A stretch of 64,000 nt of DNA from an uncultured Candidatus Saccharibacteria bacterium (GCA_964643135.1 CAZXPC010000001.1:103726-167725), one strand, 5' to 3'. Positions 8,428 to 17,758 are shown, counted from the stretch's first letter. Numbers and translations: made by a program. Notes: generated by a model not told the origin, from the sequence alone.

Positions 8428-8673
8428 TTTGATAAATTAAAGAAGCTAAACGAGCTCCGGAACCTGCAGAGTGAAATCAAAAAACAAAGCGCCGAGGCCT
8501 CGAAAGACGGCGTGCGGGTTGTTATAGACGGCGGTCTCGACATCGTTGAGCTGACTCTGAATCCGGCACTCGATATCAAAGCTCAGGAACGGGCTGTGAT
8601 CGGTGCTTTCGCCGAGGCCAAGACTAAAATACAAGCCGTAATCGCAAAGAATTTCGCCGGCAGCTTATTTTAA
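8425..8673 (+). CDS. ybaB: YbaB/EbfC family nucleoid-associated DNA-binding protein
   Basis: 82 aa. MFDKLKKLNELRNLQSEIKK...GVRVVIDGGLDIVELTLNPAL pattern typical of YbaB/EbfC. Confidence 0.65.
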   Translation: MFDKLKKLNELRNLQSEIKKQSAEASKDGVRVVIDGGLDIVELTLNPALDIKAQERAVIGAFAEAKTKIQAVIAKNFAGSLF

Positions 8674-8677
8674 AACC

Positions 8678-9730
8678 ATGAATAAACGCAATCTGGAACT
8701 ATTCTTCTTCTTCGCGGTTTTTATAATAGTTCTCATAGTTTCTTTTTATATCTTTCTCCCCTATCTTTATGCGCTGGTTCTTGCCATAACCTTCGCCATT
8801 ATTTTTAATCCTATTTATAACCGACTCTCGGCGCTCCTCAAGCATCAGAACTCTCTCTCGGCGCTCCTCACTCTTTTAATAGTTCTAATCACCGTCTTGA
8901 TCCCGCTCACTTTGCTCGGCGGGCAAATATTCCGGGAAGCTGAAACTGTCTACTCGTATCTCTCGACTTCGGACTCAACCAGTAATTTTTATTTGTTGGA
9001 AGATAATATAAATTCGTGGCTAAGCGCTAATCTAGGGATCAACTCCAACCCAGTCAATGTTCCTCTGGATCTAAATTTGTATCTTAAGTCAGCTCTAGCC
9101 TGGCTTTTCCAGAACGTCGGCTCGCTGCTCTCGAGCATCACGAGCATCACCCTAAACATTCTGATTTTCCTATTCGCTTTCTACTACTTGTTAAAGGACG
9201 GCAAGAAAATGCGCAAAGAACTCATTGAGCTGAGCCCGTTAGCAGACAGATACGACGAGGAAATCGCCGCCAAATTGGAACGCGCCGTTAATTCGATCAT
9301 CAAAGGCACTATTGTTCTCGCGATTCTACAAGGAATCGCTATCGGCTTCGGTTTCTATTTCTTCGGCATCCCCAATGCGGCCCTTTGGGGAGCGGCGGCC
9401 GCTTTGGCTTCTTTTATACCCGCCATTGGCGCGGCACTCGTTGTAATTGCCGCCGTCCTCTTCCTCATTTTTACCGGGCATGTCGCAGCGGGAGTAGGAT
9501 TAATGATCTGGGGAATACTCGCGATTGGATTTATCGGTAACTTTATCGGCCCCAAAATTGTCCAGCGAGGCGGCGTTCAGGTCCACTCTTTCTTCATCTT
9601 GCTCTTTGCGATTGGCGGGCTAAGTTTCTTTGGTCCGATTGGCTTCTTACTGGGACCGCTGGTCCTCAGCCTCCTTTTCTCCTTAATCGATGTGTATAAG
9701 CTAATCGGCCGCGAGGAAGTAACTCGCTAA
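8678..9730 (+). CDS. AI-2E family transporter (PerM/UPF0118 permease)
   Basis: 350 aa, about 8 TM helices. Topology and motifs (LIFLFAFYYLLKDG; GFIGNFIGPKIV) typical of the AI-2E family. Confidence 0.75.
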   Translation: MNKRNLELFFFFAVFIIVLIVSFYIFLPYLYALVLAITFAIIFNPIYNRLSALLKHQNSLSALLTLLIVLITVLIPLTLLGGQIFREAETVYSYLSTSDSTSNFYLLEDNINSWLSANLGINSNPVNVPLDLNLYLKSALAWLFQNVGSLLSSITSITLNILIFLFAFYYLLKDGKKMRKELIELSPLADRYDEEIAAKLERAVNSIIKGTIVLAILQGIAIGFGFYFFGIPNAALWGAAAALASFIPAIGAALVVIAAVLFLIFTGHVAAGVGLMIWGILAIGFIGNFIGPKIVQRGGVQVHSFFILLFAIGGLSFFGPIGFLLGPLVLSLLFSLIDVYKLIGREEVTR

Positions 9731-9739
9731 ATAGCAAAA

Positions 9740-9765
9740 CACCCTCTGCAACGGAGGGTGTTTTT
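9740..9765. terminator. Bidirectional rho-independent terminator between convergent genes
   Basis: CACCCTC-tgcaacg-GAGGGTG followed by TTTTT on plus, and TTTTGCT on minus. Confidence 0.65.
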
Positions 9766-9776
9766 ACTTTCCGATA

Positions 9777-10118
9777 TTAGAAGTGCTTTTTCAATGTCTT
9801 CCAAAGTTCTCGGCCGTGGCTCATTAAATCTTTAGCTTCGGCGGCTGAGATTTTCTTAGCCTTAGCGTAAGCATGAACCGTTTTGGTCATAAATTCGTGA
9901 TAATCTTTCTCGCTCAAGTGCTTAACAGCCTTGAACTTTACCGCGGCAAATTTATAGAAATCAGCGTATTTATGCTTGACGTCATTCTTGATGTCCTTCC
10001 GGAGTTCCTTGCCCGCTTTTGGTGCGAAGAGCATTCCTGCCGCTACGCCCAAAGCTCCCGCAATTAAAGCGCCTCCGATAACCTTTCCGGCGACTCCTCC
10101 TTGTTTTTTAGCTGCCAT
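9777..10118 (-). CDS. YtxH-like general stress protein (DUF948-associated)
   Basis: N-terminal TM helix followed by LFAPKAGKELRKDIKNDV, very close to the Bacillus YtxH signature. Confidence 0.65.
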   Translation of the reverse strand: MAAKKQGGVAGKVIGGALIAGALGVAAGMLFAPKAGKELRKDIKNDVKHKYADFYKFAAVKFKAVKHLSEKDYHEFMTKTVHAYAKAKKISAAEAKDLMSHGRELWKTLKKHF

Positions 10119-10128
10119 ATATTTATAG

Positions 10129-10407
10129 TTATTTGTTATTGGTCCGACCTTTCTTATGCGTATTTTTCTTTAATAGCTTCTCGGCGATTAAAGAAATAAT
10201 AGGCAAATTGGCGAGTTTCTCTAAGATCATCTGAACCTTTTCTTTGATTTCATCGGAGGCGGTATTAAGTTTATTCGAAAACACTTCAAGATTTTTTACG
10301 GTCCGGACCAGGTGATATAGGATCACCGCCAAAAAGCCGCCGACCACCAAAATAGCGACGGAAGAGACCAAGTAGAAAAGCGTCTGCGCAAATGTGTTGA
10401 TATCCAT
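10129..10407 (-). CDS. DUF948 (YtxG-like) membrane protein
   Basis: 92 aa. N-terminal TM helix plus charged helical tail. Paired with the YtxH-like gene downstream, as in Firmicutes. Confidence 0.5.
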   Translation of the reverse strand: MDINTFAQTLFYLVSSVAILVVGGFLAVILYHLVRTVKNLEVFSNKLNTASDEIKEKVQMILEKLANLPIISLIAEKLLKKNTHKKGRTNNK

Positions 10408-10512
10408 GGTTTATGTAGAAAAGTATAACATGTCGATATTTTGACACAAGAGGAAGAGTCTATCTTTGACTTAAGCGCTATTTAAAAGTATTCTTTATGA
10501 CTGCAATATATT

Positions 10513-11979
10513 ATGGCTAACGCAAGTGACAACCGAGAAGTAATCTTGAGATTTGAAAAAGTCTCATTCGGATTCGGACATAATAAACCGATTTTAATCG
10601 AGGCTGATTTCACCATTCGCCGCGGATCAAAAATCACTTTGATGGGCCAAAACGGCGCCGGCAAGAGTACTATTTTTCAGCTTATAACCAAAGGAGTCGT
10701 TCCTGAAGAAGGCCGCGTTATTATCAATAAAGATTTATCGATCGCGACAGCAAGGCAGGTCATCCCGCGCGATCAGATGGCTTTAACGGTTAAAGAATTC
10801 TTCGAAAAGGCTTTTCATAAGAAAATTTATGATATCGATCCTAGAATAGACAAAGTTCTTGAGGCGGTAAATTTGAACGCCCCTAAAGATAGAGTCGTTA
10901 AATCATTCTCCGGCGGCCAGCAAGCCAGGCTGCTATTGGCTTTTGCCCTAATTCAAAACCCGGACTTACTGCTCTTGGACGAGCCGACTAACAATTTGGA
11001 CAAAGGCGGCATTGAGCACCTCCGAAAATTCCTCCAGGAGTATCAAAAAACTGTAGTGGTTATTTCTCACGACTCTGAATTCTTAAATTCATTTACCGAG
11101 GGCGTGCTCTACCTTGATATCTTTACCAAAAAAGTTGAGCAATATGTCGGCAACTATTTCGATGTAGTGAAAGACATCTCCGACCGAAAAGAACGCGAAC
11201 GAGCTCGAAACGCGCGCCTGGAAGCAGATATCTCAAACCGCAAAGAACAGATGAACTTCTTTGCCCAAAAAGGCGGCCACATGCGAGACGTCGCCAAAAA
11301 GATGAGGCAAGCGATCGAAGTATTAGAGGAAGAAAAGGTTGAGGTGAGGGAAGAAGACAAAACTATCCGCAAATTCGTTATCCCCTGCCAGGAGGATATT
11401 GAAGGACAAATTGTAACCATAAATTCAATTTCAGTCATTAAAAATCACAAACCAACCGCCAAGAAAGTTAAGGTCGCCCTGACTCGAAAGAGAAAGATTT
11501 TGATCGCCGGGCCGAACGGCATCGGTAAAACCAGCTTTTTGGAATCGATCGTTAATGGCAAGGCTAAGGGCGTTGAAATTCAGCCCGGCATCCGCATCGG
11601 CTACTATCGCCAGGATTTTTCAACCTTGAATTTTGAAGACACGGTTTATAAATCGTTGGCCGAAATATCGGAAAAAGCGACCGAAGAGGAAATCCGCTCA
11701 GTCGCCGCCGGCTTTCTCTTGAATGCCGAGATCATGAAAACTAAAATCGGCAGTCTCTCGGAGGGCCAGAAGGGCTTGGTCGCCTTTGCGCGTTTGGTCT
11801 TGCAGCGCCCCGGGCTCTTAATTTTGGACGAACCGACCAACCACATCAACTTCCGCCATATTCCGATTATCGCCGAAGCATTAGACAAATACGATGGCCC
11901 GATGATTCTGATCAGCCACGTGCCCGACTTTGTCGAAAAGATCAGCATCGACGAGGTCATTGACTTAGAAAAAATCTAG
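10513..11979 (+). CDS. ABC-F family ATPase (two tandem ABC domains, no transmembrane domain)
   Basis: Two sets of Walker A (GQNGAGKST; GPNGIGKTS), signature (FSGGQQARL; LSEGQKGLVAF) and Walker B (LLLLDEPTNNLD; LLILDEPTNHIN), with a charged linker between them. Confidence 0.85.
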   Translation: MANASDNREVILRFEKVSFGFGHNKPILIEADFTIRRGSKITLMGQNGAGKSTIFQLITKGVVPEEGRVIINKDLSIATARQVIPRDQMALTVKEFFEKAFHKKIYDIDPRIDKVLEAVNLNAPKDRVVKSFSGGQQARLLLAFALIQNPDLLLLDEPTNNLDKGGIEHLRKFLQEYQKTVVVISHDSEFLNSFTEGVLYLDIFTKKVEQYVGNYFDVVKDISDRKERERARNARLEADISNRKEQMNFFAQKGGHMRDVAKKMRQAIEVLEEEKVEVREEDKTIRKFVIPCQEDIEGQIVTINSISVIKNHKPTAKKVKVALTRKRKILIAGPNGIGKTSFLESIVNGKAKGVEIQPGIRIGYYRQDFSTLNFEDTVYKSLAEISEKATEEEIRSVAAGFLLNAEIMKTKIGSLSEGQKGLVAFARLVLQRPGLLILDEPTNHINFRHIPIIAEALDKYDGPMILISHVPDFVEKISIDEVIDLEKI

Positions 11980-12004
11980 GCGCATACTTTCCCTCGGTGC
12001 AAAT

Positions 12005-12292
12005 TTGTTTTTGAACAAGTGGACACAACAACGCCTCGGCGGCATGCAGGCTCTGACCAGCACCAAGACCCTTTACCGGGATGACGGCCTGATCCTTCAC
12101 GTCGTCCCCGATCCGCGTTTCCGGGACACGCCTTTTGCACGGACCTTCGCGGCCCTCCAGAAGAATGACGGCAGTATCCTGCCGGAGTCTCTCTTCAAGG
12201 AGGCTGACCTTGAAAAGCTCATCTCGGATCTCAGGTTCGCGATGAAGCAAAACCAAGACAATCTGGCGGTCCAGGTCTTGCCCAAGCGCTAA
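12005..12292 (+). CDS. Hypothetical protein in a high-GC3, compositionally foreign segment
   Basis: 95-aa ORF with strong GC third-position bias (ctg acc agc acc aag acc ...) unlike neighbouring genes. No recognisable domain. Antisense ORFs here are by-products of GC richness. Confidence 0.35.
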   Translation: MFLNKWTQQRLGGMQALTSTKTLYRDDGLILHVVPDPRFRDTPFARTFAALQKNDGSILPESLFKEADLEKLISDLRFAMKQNQDNLAVQVLPKR

Positions 12293-12315
12293 GGCGCTTT
12301 TTCTTTTTGCATAGT

Positions 12316-13017
12316 CTATTTTGCTAGGGCCTTCAATTTAGAAACCTCCTGATCCGTCAAAATCCGAAATTCTCCCTCTTTCAAGCCTCTAAGATTAATA
12401 TTGCCGACCCGGACGCGCTTTAAGTTTTCAATAGTGAGATTCAATGCCGCGCACATTCGGCGGATTTGGTGGCGCTTGCCCTCCTTTAGGATCAATTTAA
12501 ATGAGTGGTCGCTAAAGAGTTCTCCTTTGGCCGGCAGAGTTGTTTCGTTGTTATCAATCGTCATGCCGCGTTCCATTATATCGATAACTCTTTGTTTAAC
12601 GCTTTCTCGGGTTTTGACATCATATTCTTTCTCTACTTTATGGTCGTCACCCGTGATCGATGCGGTAATAACTCCGTCGTTTGAAAGCAGAATTAAGCCC
12701 TCGCTTTCCTTGTCGAGCCGCCCCACGCAATTTAAATTGGAAAATTGAGGCAGAAGATCGAAGACAGTTTGGCCTTCGTTCTTGGCTTTGGCCGAAACTA
12801 TCCCGCGCGGCTTGTAATAAGCGACCGTGATTTTTTTGTCGTCGCCTTTCAATGCGCCCGATTTAGATAACTCAATTTTGTCTTTAACCGGATCCACTTG
12901 TCGGCCCAGGTCTCTAACAACTTCGCCGTTAACCTTAACTAAACCGGCTAAGATAGCCTTCTCAGTTTCACGGCGGGAGAGGATCCCCTGTTCGGACATG
13001 TATTTCTGGATGCGCAT
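12316..13017 (-). CDS. rRNA pseudouridine synthase, RsuA/RluB family (S4 domain + PseudoU_synth_2)
   Basis: N-terminal S4 RNA-binding domain (MRIQKYMSEQGILSRRETEKAILAGLVKVNGEVV) followed by a catalytic domain with the conserved Asp region (VGRLDKESEGLILLSNDG). Confidence 0.85.
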   Translation of the reverse strand: MRIQKYMSEQGILSRRETEKAILAGLVKVNGEVVRDLGRQVDPVKDKIELSKSGALKGDDKKITVAYYKPRGIVSAKAKNEGQTVFDLLPQFSNLNCVGRLDKESEGLILLSNDGVITASITGDDHKVEKEYDVKTRESVKQRVIDIMERGMTIDNNETTLPAKGELFSDHSFKLILKEGKRHQIRRMCAALNLTIENLKRVRVGNINLRGLKEGEFRILTDQEVSKLKALAK

Positions 13018-13071
13018 AGTTTAATAATTGCTTATTACCTTCTAAAACACAAATCCGCCATTGCTGGCGGA

Positions 13072-13489
13072 TGGTGTGGGTAATTCGTAAGCCGGATTCT
13101 GTAACCCAGCTTGTCCAATGGACAGGCTGGGCGGCAATAATTTATCTGGGACCTTGATTGCTCAAAGCCTCTAGCGATTCTCCAACCACTTGCGTGACTG
13201 GCGCGATCTTGCACCCGGTAAGGATTTGGAAACGTTTCACTTCAGCCTTTTAATCTCTATAGCTGAATTGGACCATCTAGCTTGAGAACTGGGTCCCGCT
13301 AATCTTTTCAGACCAGCGCGTCACTGTTCGCACCTCGCGCATTACTGCGTGCGGCCGTTAGCCGCTACCTTTTTATCCTGATTTGCACCAGGATGGTGTC
13401 CGGACTTTCCTCTCTTAAGTTGATCGGTATGAAGAACAGTCGTTGCTGAATAGTGATCATCTTTAGAGCTACTGCCAGAATTACCTGGG
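13072..13489 (-). ncRNA. rnpB: RNase P RNA (bacterial type A-like)
   Basis: Minus strand carries GAGAGGAAAGTCCGGAC (P4 5' strand, plus 13400-13410) and TTACAGAATCCGGCTTA (P4 3' strand, plus 13088-13102) about 300 nt apart. Internal segments resemble E. coli M1 RNA (GGTAGCGGCTAACGGCCGC; GCGAACAGTGACGCGC; CCCAGATAAATTATTGCC). Candidate P1 pairing CCCAGGTAATTC / GAATTACC. Ends approximate within about 15 nt. Confidence 0.85.
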
Positions 13490-13541
13490 CGTGATTATAG
13501 CATTAGGAAAGGCCTTGTCAAATTTATTTATCCGTGATCTT

Positions 13542-16484
13542 TCATTGAACCTTAACCGGGAACTTGGTCACGATTATTCTGCCGTTGTGCCGGAATTCGC
13601 CGAAGATATAATAATTGCCCGGGGTTGGAAATTTGAAATTGGCCGCTTCAATATCAGGTCCGAATTTATCAGGCAAATAAAGGTGCGACTGGTGAATAGT
13701 CTCCCCTAAAAGCTGCCCGATAAATGAAACCGGCAACAACCCGTGCGTATGCTTGAATGCTCCCAGGTCATCTCTGATTAGGCTAATGTGCATCGGCACA
13801 GCCAAGTATGGATTGAGGTCAGTCACGGGCTGGCCGTCTTTCTCAATATGATAATCGAGTACTGATGAGTAATTAGAATTTAGTTTCGAGGTATTGAGCG
13901 TAACATCATAGCCATCGAAATTTCCTTTAAGAACTTGCACGTCGCTAAAATTATCGGCCGGTTTGGGAATATCTGCCACGTGACCGATATTTTCGTAGAA
14001 TTGGAATGAGAAAATCTGCGCCCGGACAGTAAAATCAACCGAAACCATGTAATAGCCGGCAGCCGGGAAAGTGTAGCGGACCGGGAAAGTTGCCGTTTTT
14101 AACATTTCCGGTGTAACCGGACCGGCATCTTCGACATGGACATGCGAAAAGCTAGAAAAATCGCTGTTTACGATGACCGCGTGCAATATCCGATCGTGAT
14201 CGATCACCAAATCTTGCACCGGATTCCCCTGCTTGTCTTTAAACTTAAAAGTTAAAATCGCGGGAACGCCCGGCTGGATGGTTTTGGGGGAGACGTCTAG
14301 CGTCGCACTCGCCTCACTGGGACGGATAAAATATTTAAACTCTCTTTCATCAGCAAAGTGATATTGGCCGAGCCCCACCCCTAAGGTGCAGCCGGGCACT
14401 GAGATGTCAGACGTGGCCTTCCCGGCTCGTTCGGGCGCGCTCTCATGCCAAATATCCAAAATATTAAAGTTCTCGCACTCTCTCTCGAAGCCGCTGATCA
14501 AAACTGATCCATGAGCCGCATGTCCGCCGAACCAGGACGTCAGCGTTATTGCCGCGAAAATCAAGAGAATTACCCAAGAGTCGCGATTAACAAAAGTGAT
14601 TTCCGAACCCCCTTCCCGAGGACCGTCCTCGGCGGCTGACTCGAGCTGTCCTCGGTAACCGGCCTGTAATTTGCTGCTGCGTTTATAGAGATAGCCCGCT
14701 GCGGCAAAAATAAACATAGCGGTTATGACGTTAACCATCTCAAAAATCCCAAAACTGCGCTTTTCGGAATTGGCGTTGCTCGCCTTTATCTCGGTCGGAT
14801 AATTTAGCTTAAAAGATGTGACCGCGTTATAGGCTTTTTCCTGCTCAGCCGAAATATCTACTTTCCAGTTGCCCGCCGGAGACAAGAGACTCATGGGGAA
14901 AAGGTAGCCGCCGTAGAAAATCTGCTTGAGAGGCGCGGAAATCGGACCGATCCCCTGTTCGCTATTAGTCAACGTTACGCTCGGGTTAATCACCGATCGC
15001 GCGGCGCCGCTTTGCGTGTCGGCAAAAGTGAGCAAGAATTGACCGTCGTCATAAGGAGCCTCGGTTAATTCTATTTTTACATTCTGACTCACCGTCTCTC
15101 TAAGGAAGCTGTAGTTTCGTTCGATCGGCGGAGTCGTAATAATCATGAGCGAGGTTATACCAAGAACAATGATGCCGGCGGCTGCCTCGAGCATCAAAGT
15201 TGCGTGGAGCCAATTGAGTTTGCCTTTGGTTAACTTTGGTTCGATGTAAAACTCATGAAAAAGCCGCAAGCCGAGCAGGATAGCCGCAAAAATACTTAGC
15301 GCAATAAAGGTTTTGCCCCAGTCGGTTATAAGAACATTCGAAAAAGACTTAAGATGCAGCCAAACAACATAAACGCCCGTAACGCCGGCGATGGCGAATG
15401 AAACGTTGGCGACAGTCGAGAAAGAAGTTAGGCAAAAAGCCGCCATATTGATGCTTTTGATTCTCCGAACTATGGGAGAAAGTAGGAACAGCATCGCGAA
15501 TAGTCCGCCGATCCAGATATCTTTGAAAAAGAGATGGATAAAGTTTACGGCCACCGAAAAGTCGGGCGCAAAGTTAGATGCTGCCGCATGGCTGACCTTG
15601 GCGCGGGCGAGGTCAATCAGAGCTAAAACGATAAAAATGACCCATTCGGTTTCTATAATCTTATGACTCGCAAAAATAGATTTTTTTCTGAACTCAAAAA
15701 TGCCAACAACTAAAGCGGCGCCGACCATACGGTAAATCGTATAGAGCGCGGCGGTCGTGCTGAGGAAAGAAGAGAAAGCCTCTTGGAATGAAGTTTCCTG
15801 AAGATAGCTCAGATCATTGGCCTTATAGATCAAATACGATATGCCCCCCAAAAGAACTAAGACGAATCCGCCGATAACAGCCAGATTGAACCTTCGGCTG
15901 AAGATCGCGTCCTCTGCCGCGCCGATCCTGCCTGAATATTTCTTAGTCGGCCGCCAGATAAACGCGAGCACAATAAAGGAGCCAAGCAGGATCGCTTCGC
16001 CGATCATTTCGAGAGAAATCGCCGCCGCCTCAGGAATACTGGAACTGTGGACAATCTGGAATTCTTCGGAAGCGTTGCCCGCGCCGACCGGGCTCGCCGA
16101 TTTAACCGAAAAAATATAGGCGCCTTTGGTAAAGTGGCCGTCGTCGGCCGAAATAACATGCCACGAGACGGTATAACTCCCCTCCCCGCCGTCTTTAATG
16201 CCAATCGTTAGTCTGCGTTGATCGGCCGGGTCGGGCGAAGCCAGCCCCGGAGCGCCGTCTAAATTAACCTTCGAACCATCCGGACCAAAAACAGCTATGC
16301 CGGAGACTCTTGGCTCAACCCTCTCGCTGAAATCAATCGAGATTAAAGAAGGCGAAGCCTGCAAAAGGCTCGAAGCCGCCGGGCTGTATAAAACCGGGGT
16401 CGCATGCGCGCTTGCCCCGTGGATATTAGCCATCAAGGAAATTAAGAATGCCGCCCCGATTATTCTCTTCCAAATTTTTATCAT
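13542..16484 (-). CDS. Fused CopC-CopD copper-transport protein with two additional C-terminal extracytoplasmic His-rich domains (YcnJ-like, extended)
   Basis: Signal peptide then CopC domain (HATPVLYSPA ... YTVSWHVISADDGHFTKGAYIFSV), then about 8 TM helices (CopD-like). About 430 aa C-terminal region with two similar segments containing HVHVED and HTHG. ATGA overlap with the upstream gene; start set at MIKIWKR rather than the 1007-aa track ORF start. Confidence 0.7.
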   Translation of the reverse strand: MIKIWKRIIGAAFLISLMANIHGASAHATPVLYSPAASSLLQASPSLISIDFSERVEPRVSGIAVFGPDGSKVNLDGAPGLASPDPADQRRLTIGIKDGGEGSYTVSWHVISADDGHFTKGAYIFSVKSASPVGAGNASEEFQIVHSSSIPEAAAISLEMIGEAILLGSFIVLAFIWRPTKKYSGRIGAAEDAIFSRRFNLAVIGGFVLVLLGGISYLIYKANDLSYLQETSFQEAFSSFLSTTAALYTIYRMVGAALVVGIFEFRKKSIFASHKIIETEWVIFIVLALIDLARAKVSHAAASNFAPDFSVAVNFIHLFFKDIWIGGLFAMLFLLSPIVRRIKSINMAAFCLTSFSTVANVSFAIAGVTGVYVVWLHLKSFSNVLITDWGKTFIALSIFAAILLGLRLFHEFYIEPKLTKGKLNWLHATLMLEAAAGIIVLGITSLMIITTPPIERNYSFLRETVSQNVKIELTEAPYDDGQFLLTFADTQSGAARSVINPSVTLTNSEQGIGPISAPLKQIFYGGYLFPMSLLSPAGNWKVDISAEQEKAYNAVTSFKLNYPTEIKASNANSEKRSFGIFEMVNVITAMFIFAAAGYLYKRSSKLQAGYRGQLESAAEDGPREGGSEITFVNRDSWVILLIFAAITLTSWFGGHAAHGSVLISGFERECENFNILDIWHESAPERAGKATSDISVPGCTLGVGLGQYHFADEREFKYFIRPSEASATLDVSPKTIQPGVPAILTFKFKDKQGNPVQDLVIDHDRILHAVIVNSDFSSFSHVHVEDAGPVTPEMLKTATFPVRYTFPAAGYYMVSVDFTVRAQIFSFQFYENIGHVADIPKPADNFSDVQVLKGNFDGYDVTLNTSKLNSNYSSVLDYHIEKDGQPVTDLNPYLAVPMHISLIRDDLGAFKHTHGLLPVSFIGQLLGETIHQSHLYLPDKFGPDIEAANFKFPTPGNYYIFGEFRHNGRIIVTKFPVKVQ

Positions 16485-16999
16485 TGCTTCTTTTTCTGCC
16501 AGATCGATACCAGGATAGCAACTAAAACCATGATTATAGGAACCGCCAATTCGAGCGCCTGCCATGGATTTAAACCGGTACTCACCGGCGCCCCGATTTG
16601 GATCTGGAAAGAGGCGCTGGTGGCGCTTTTGTTGTCCTTAAAAATATTAACATCCATCGTATAAAGGCCGGCCTTCGGAAAAACAACCGTTAAGGCGGTG
16701 AACCCGTCCTGAGATTCGGGCAGATCCTTTTTTAGCAAATCGCCGCTGTCTGGATTCTTGATCTCAACCGCAACATGATCGAAAGAAAGATACTCGCGCG
16801 TACTGCTGGAGAGAAGATTGAAATCGAACTGGATTGGAGTGCCCGGCTCGGGCGCGGCGAATTGGTCGGTGCCGATATCGATAATGTACGGCCCTACGAC
16901 TTTTTCCAAACGCAAGCCCGCCAGACCGTTGGCCTCCGCCCCGTGGCCCGATAAGAATGTTAGCGTGAGAATAATTAAGCCAAGGGCAGCCTTCTTCAT
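16481..16999 (-). CDS. Secreted, C-terminally membrane-anchored beta-rich protein (possible YtkA/cupredoxin-like copper-handling accessory)
   Basis: Signal peptide, about 120 aa beta-rich domain, C-terminal TM helix (LAVPIIMVLVAILVSIW). Operonic between the YcnI-like and CopC-CopD genes. Function inferred from context only. Confidence 0.35.
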   Translation of the reverse strand: MKKAALGLIILTLTFLSGHGAEANGLAGLRLEKVVGPYIIDIGTDQFAAPEPGTPIQFDFNLLSSSTREYLSFDHVAVEIKNPDSGDLLKKDLPESQDGFTALTVVFPKAGLYTMDVNIFKDNKSATSASFQIQIGAPVSTGLNPWQALELAVPIIMVLVAILVSIWQKKKQ

Positions 17000-17002
17000 T
17001 GG

Positions 17003-17737
17003 TTAGGCCTTTTCTTGCGAATGAGGCTTCCTCGAAGTGAAAACCAATCCGATTGCAATAATTCCCAAAATTAACCCCCCGACGGCCAGATTTCTGGCGA
17101 AGTTGATATTGTTGGCCATCGCGATAACGTCATTCTGGGCGATCAGATTGTTTTGATTTAGATCGGCAGCGGTGTAAGCCGGCTCAGGAAAACCATAATC
17201 GCTTCGTCCGGCCGGGCATCCGAAAGCTCCGACTTTATGGACCCTCGTCACATTAGTCCCAACCGAAACTTGTGCCTTGTCTTCGGCCGTTTCCGAAAAA
17301 TCGCCTTGGACGCAGCTAAATTTTAAATCAACGGGCGCGCCCTCCAACTCTCCGAATATTCGATACGTATAGGTCGTCTCAACTGTCGGGATAAAGGCGG
17401 CGGTATAAGCCCCGGGGCCGGCTTCGTCTGACGGATCAAGGGAAAGCGTTCTGGCTTGGTCGCCGGCGCTCAATTCAACTTTTAGGGTGTCCTCGAGTCC
17501 GGTTACCGGCTCTCCGTTCGTAACGCCCGGACCGGCCACCCTGGTTACGGCGAGTTCCAGGCCAGATTTATCGTCAACCAAAACAGGCTCATTCAGCGAG
17601 CCGACTTTAAAATCATAATAGGTGTTGTTAACCTTAAAAGTATCGTGCTCGTGAGCGGACGCTGAGTTTATCAAGCCCAAAGTCATAAATAAGGACATAA
17701 GAGCGAAGGACGCGGCTAAAATAAGTTTAATTTTCAT
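17003..17737 (-). CDS. YcnI-like (DUF1775) copper-binding membrane-anchored protein
   Basis: Signal peptide ending SASA followed immediately by HEHD (mature N-terminal His as in YcnI). C-terminal TM anchor (GGLILGIIAIGLVF). First gene of the copper cluster. Confidence 0.55.
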   Translation of the reverse strand: MKIKLILAASFALMSLFMTLGLINSASAHEHDTFKVNNTYYDFKVGSLNEPVLVDDKSGLELAVTRVAGPGVTNGEPVTGLEDTLKVELSAGDQARTLSLDPSDEAGPGAYTAAFIPTVETTYTYRIFGELEGAPVDLKFSCVQGDFSETAEDKAQVSVGTNVTRVHKVGAFGCPAGRSDYGFPEPAYTAADLNQNNLIAQNDVIAMANNINFARNLAVGGLILGIIAIGLVFTSRKPHSQEKA

Positions 17738-17758
17738 AAGTAAAATTATATCGAATCT

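Noticed and set aside
13491-13709. 72-aa + ORF at the edge of the rnpB gap
   Set aside because: Overlaps the predicted 5' end of RNase P RNA and the 3' end of the CopC-CopD gene on the other strand. No RBS or promoter context. Considered spurious.
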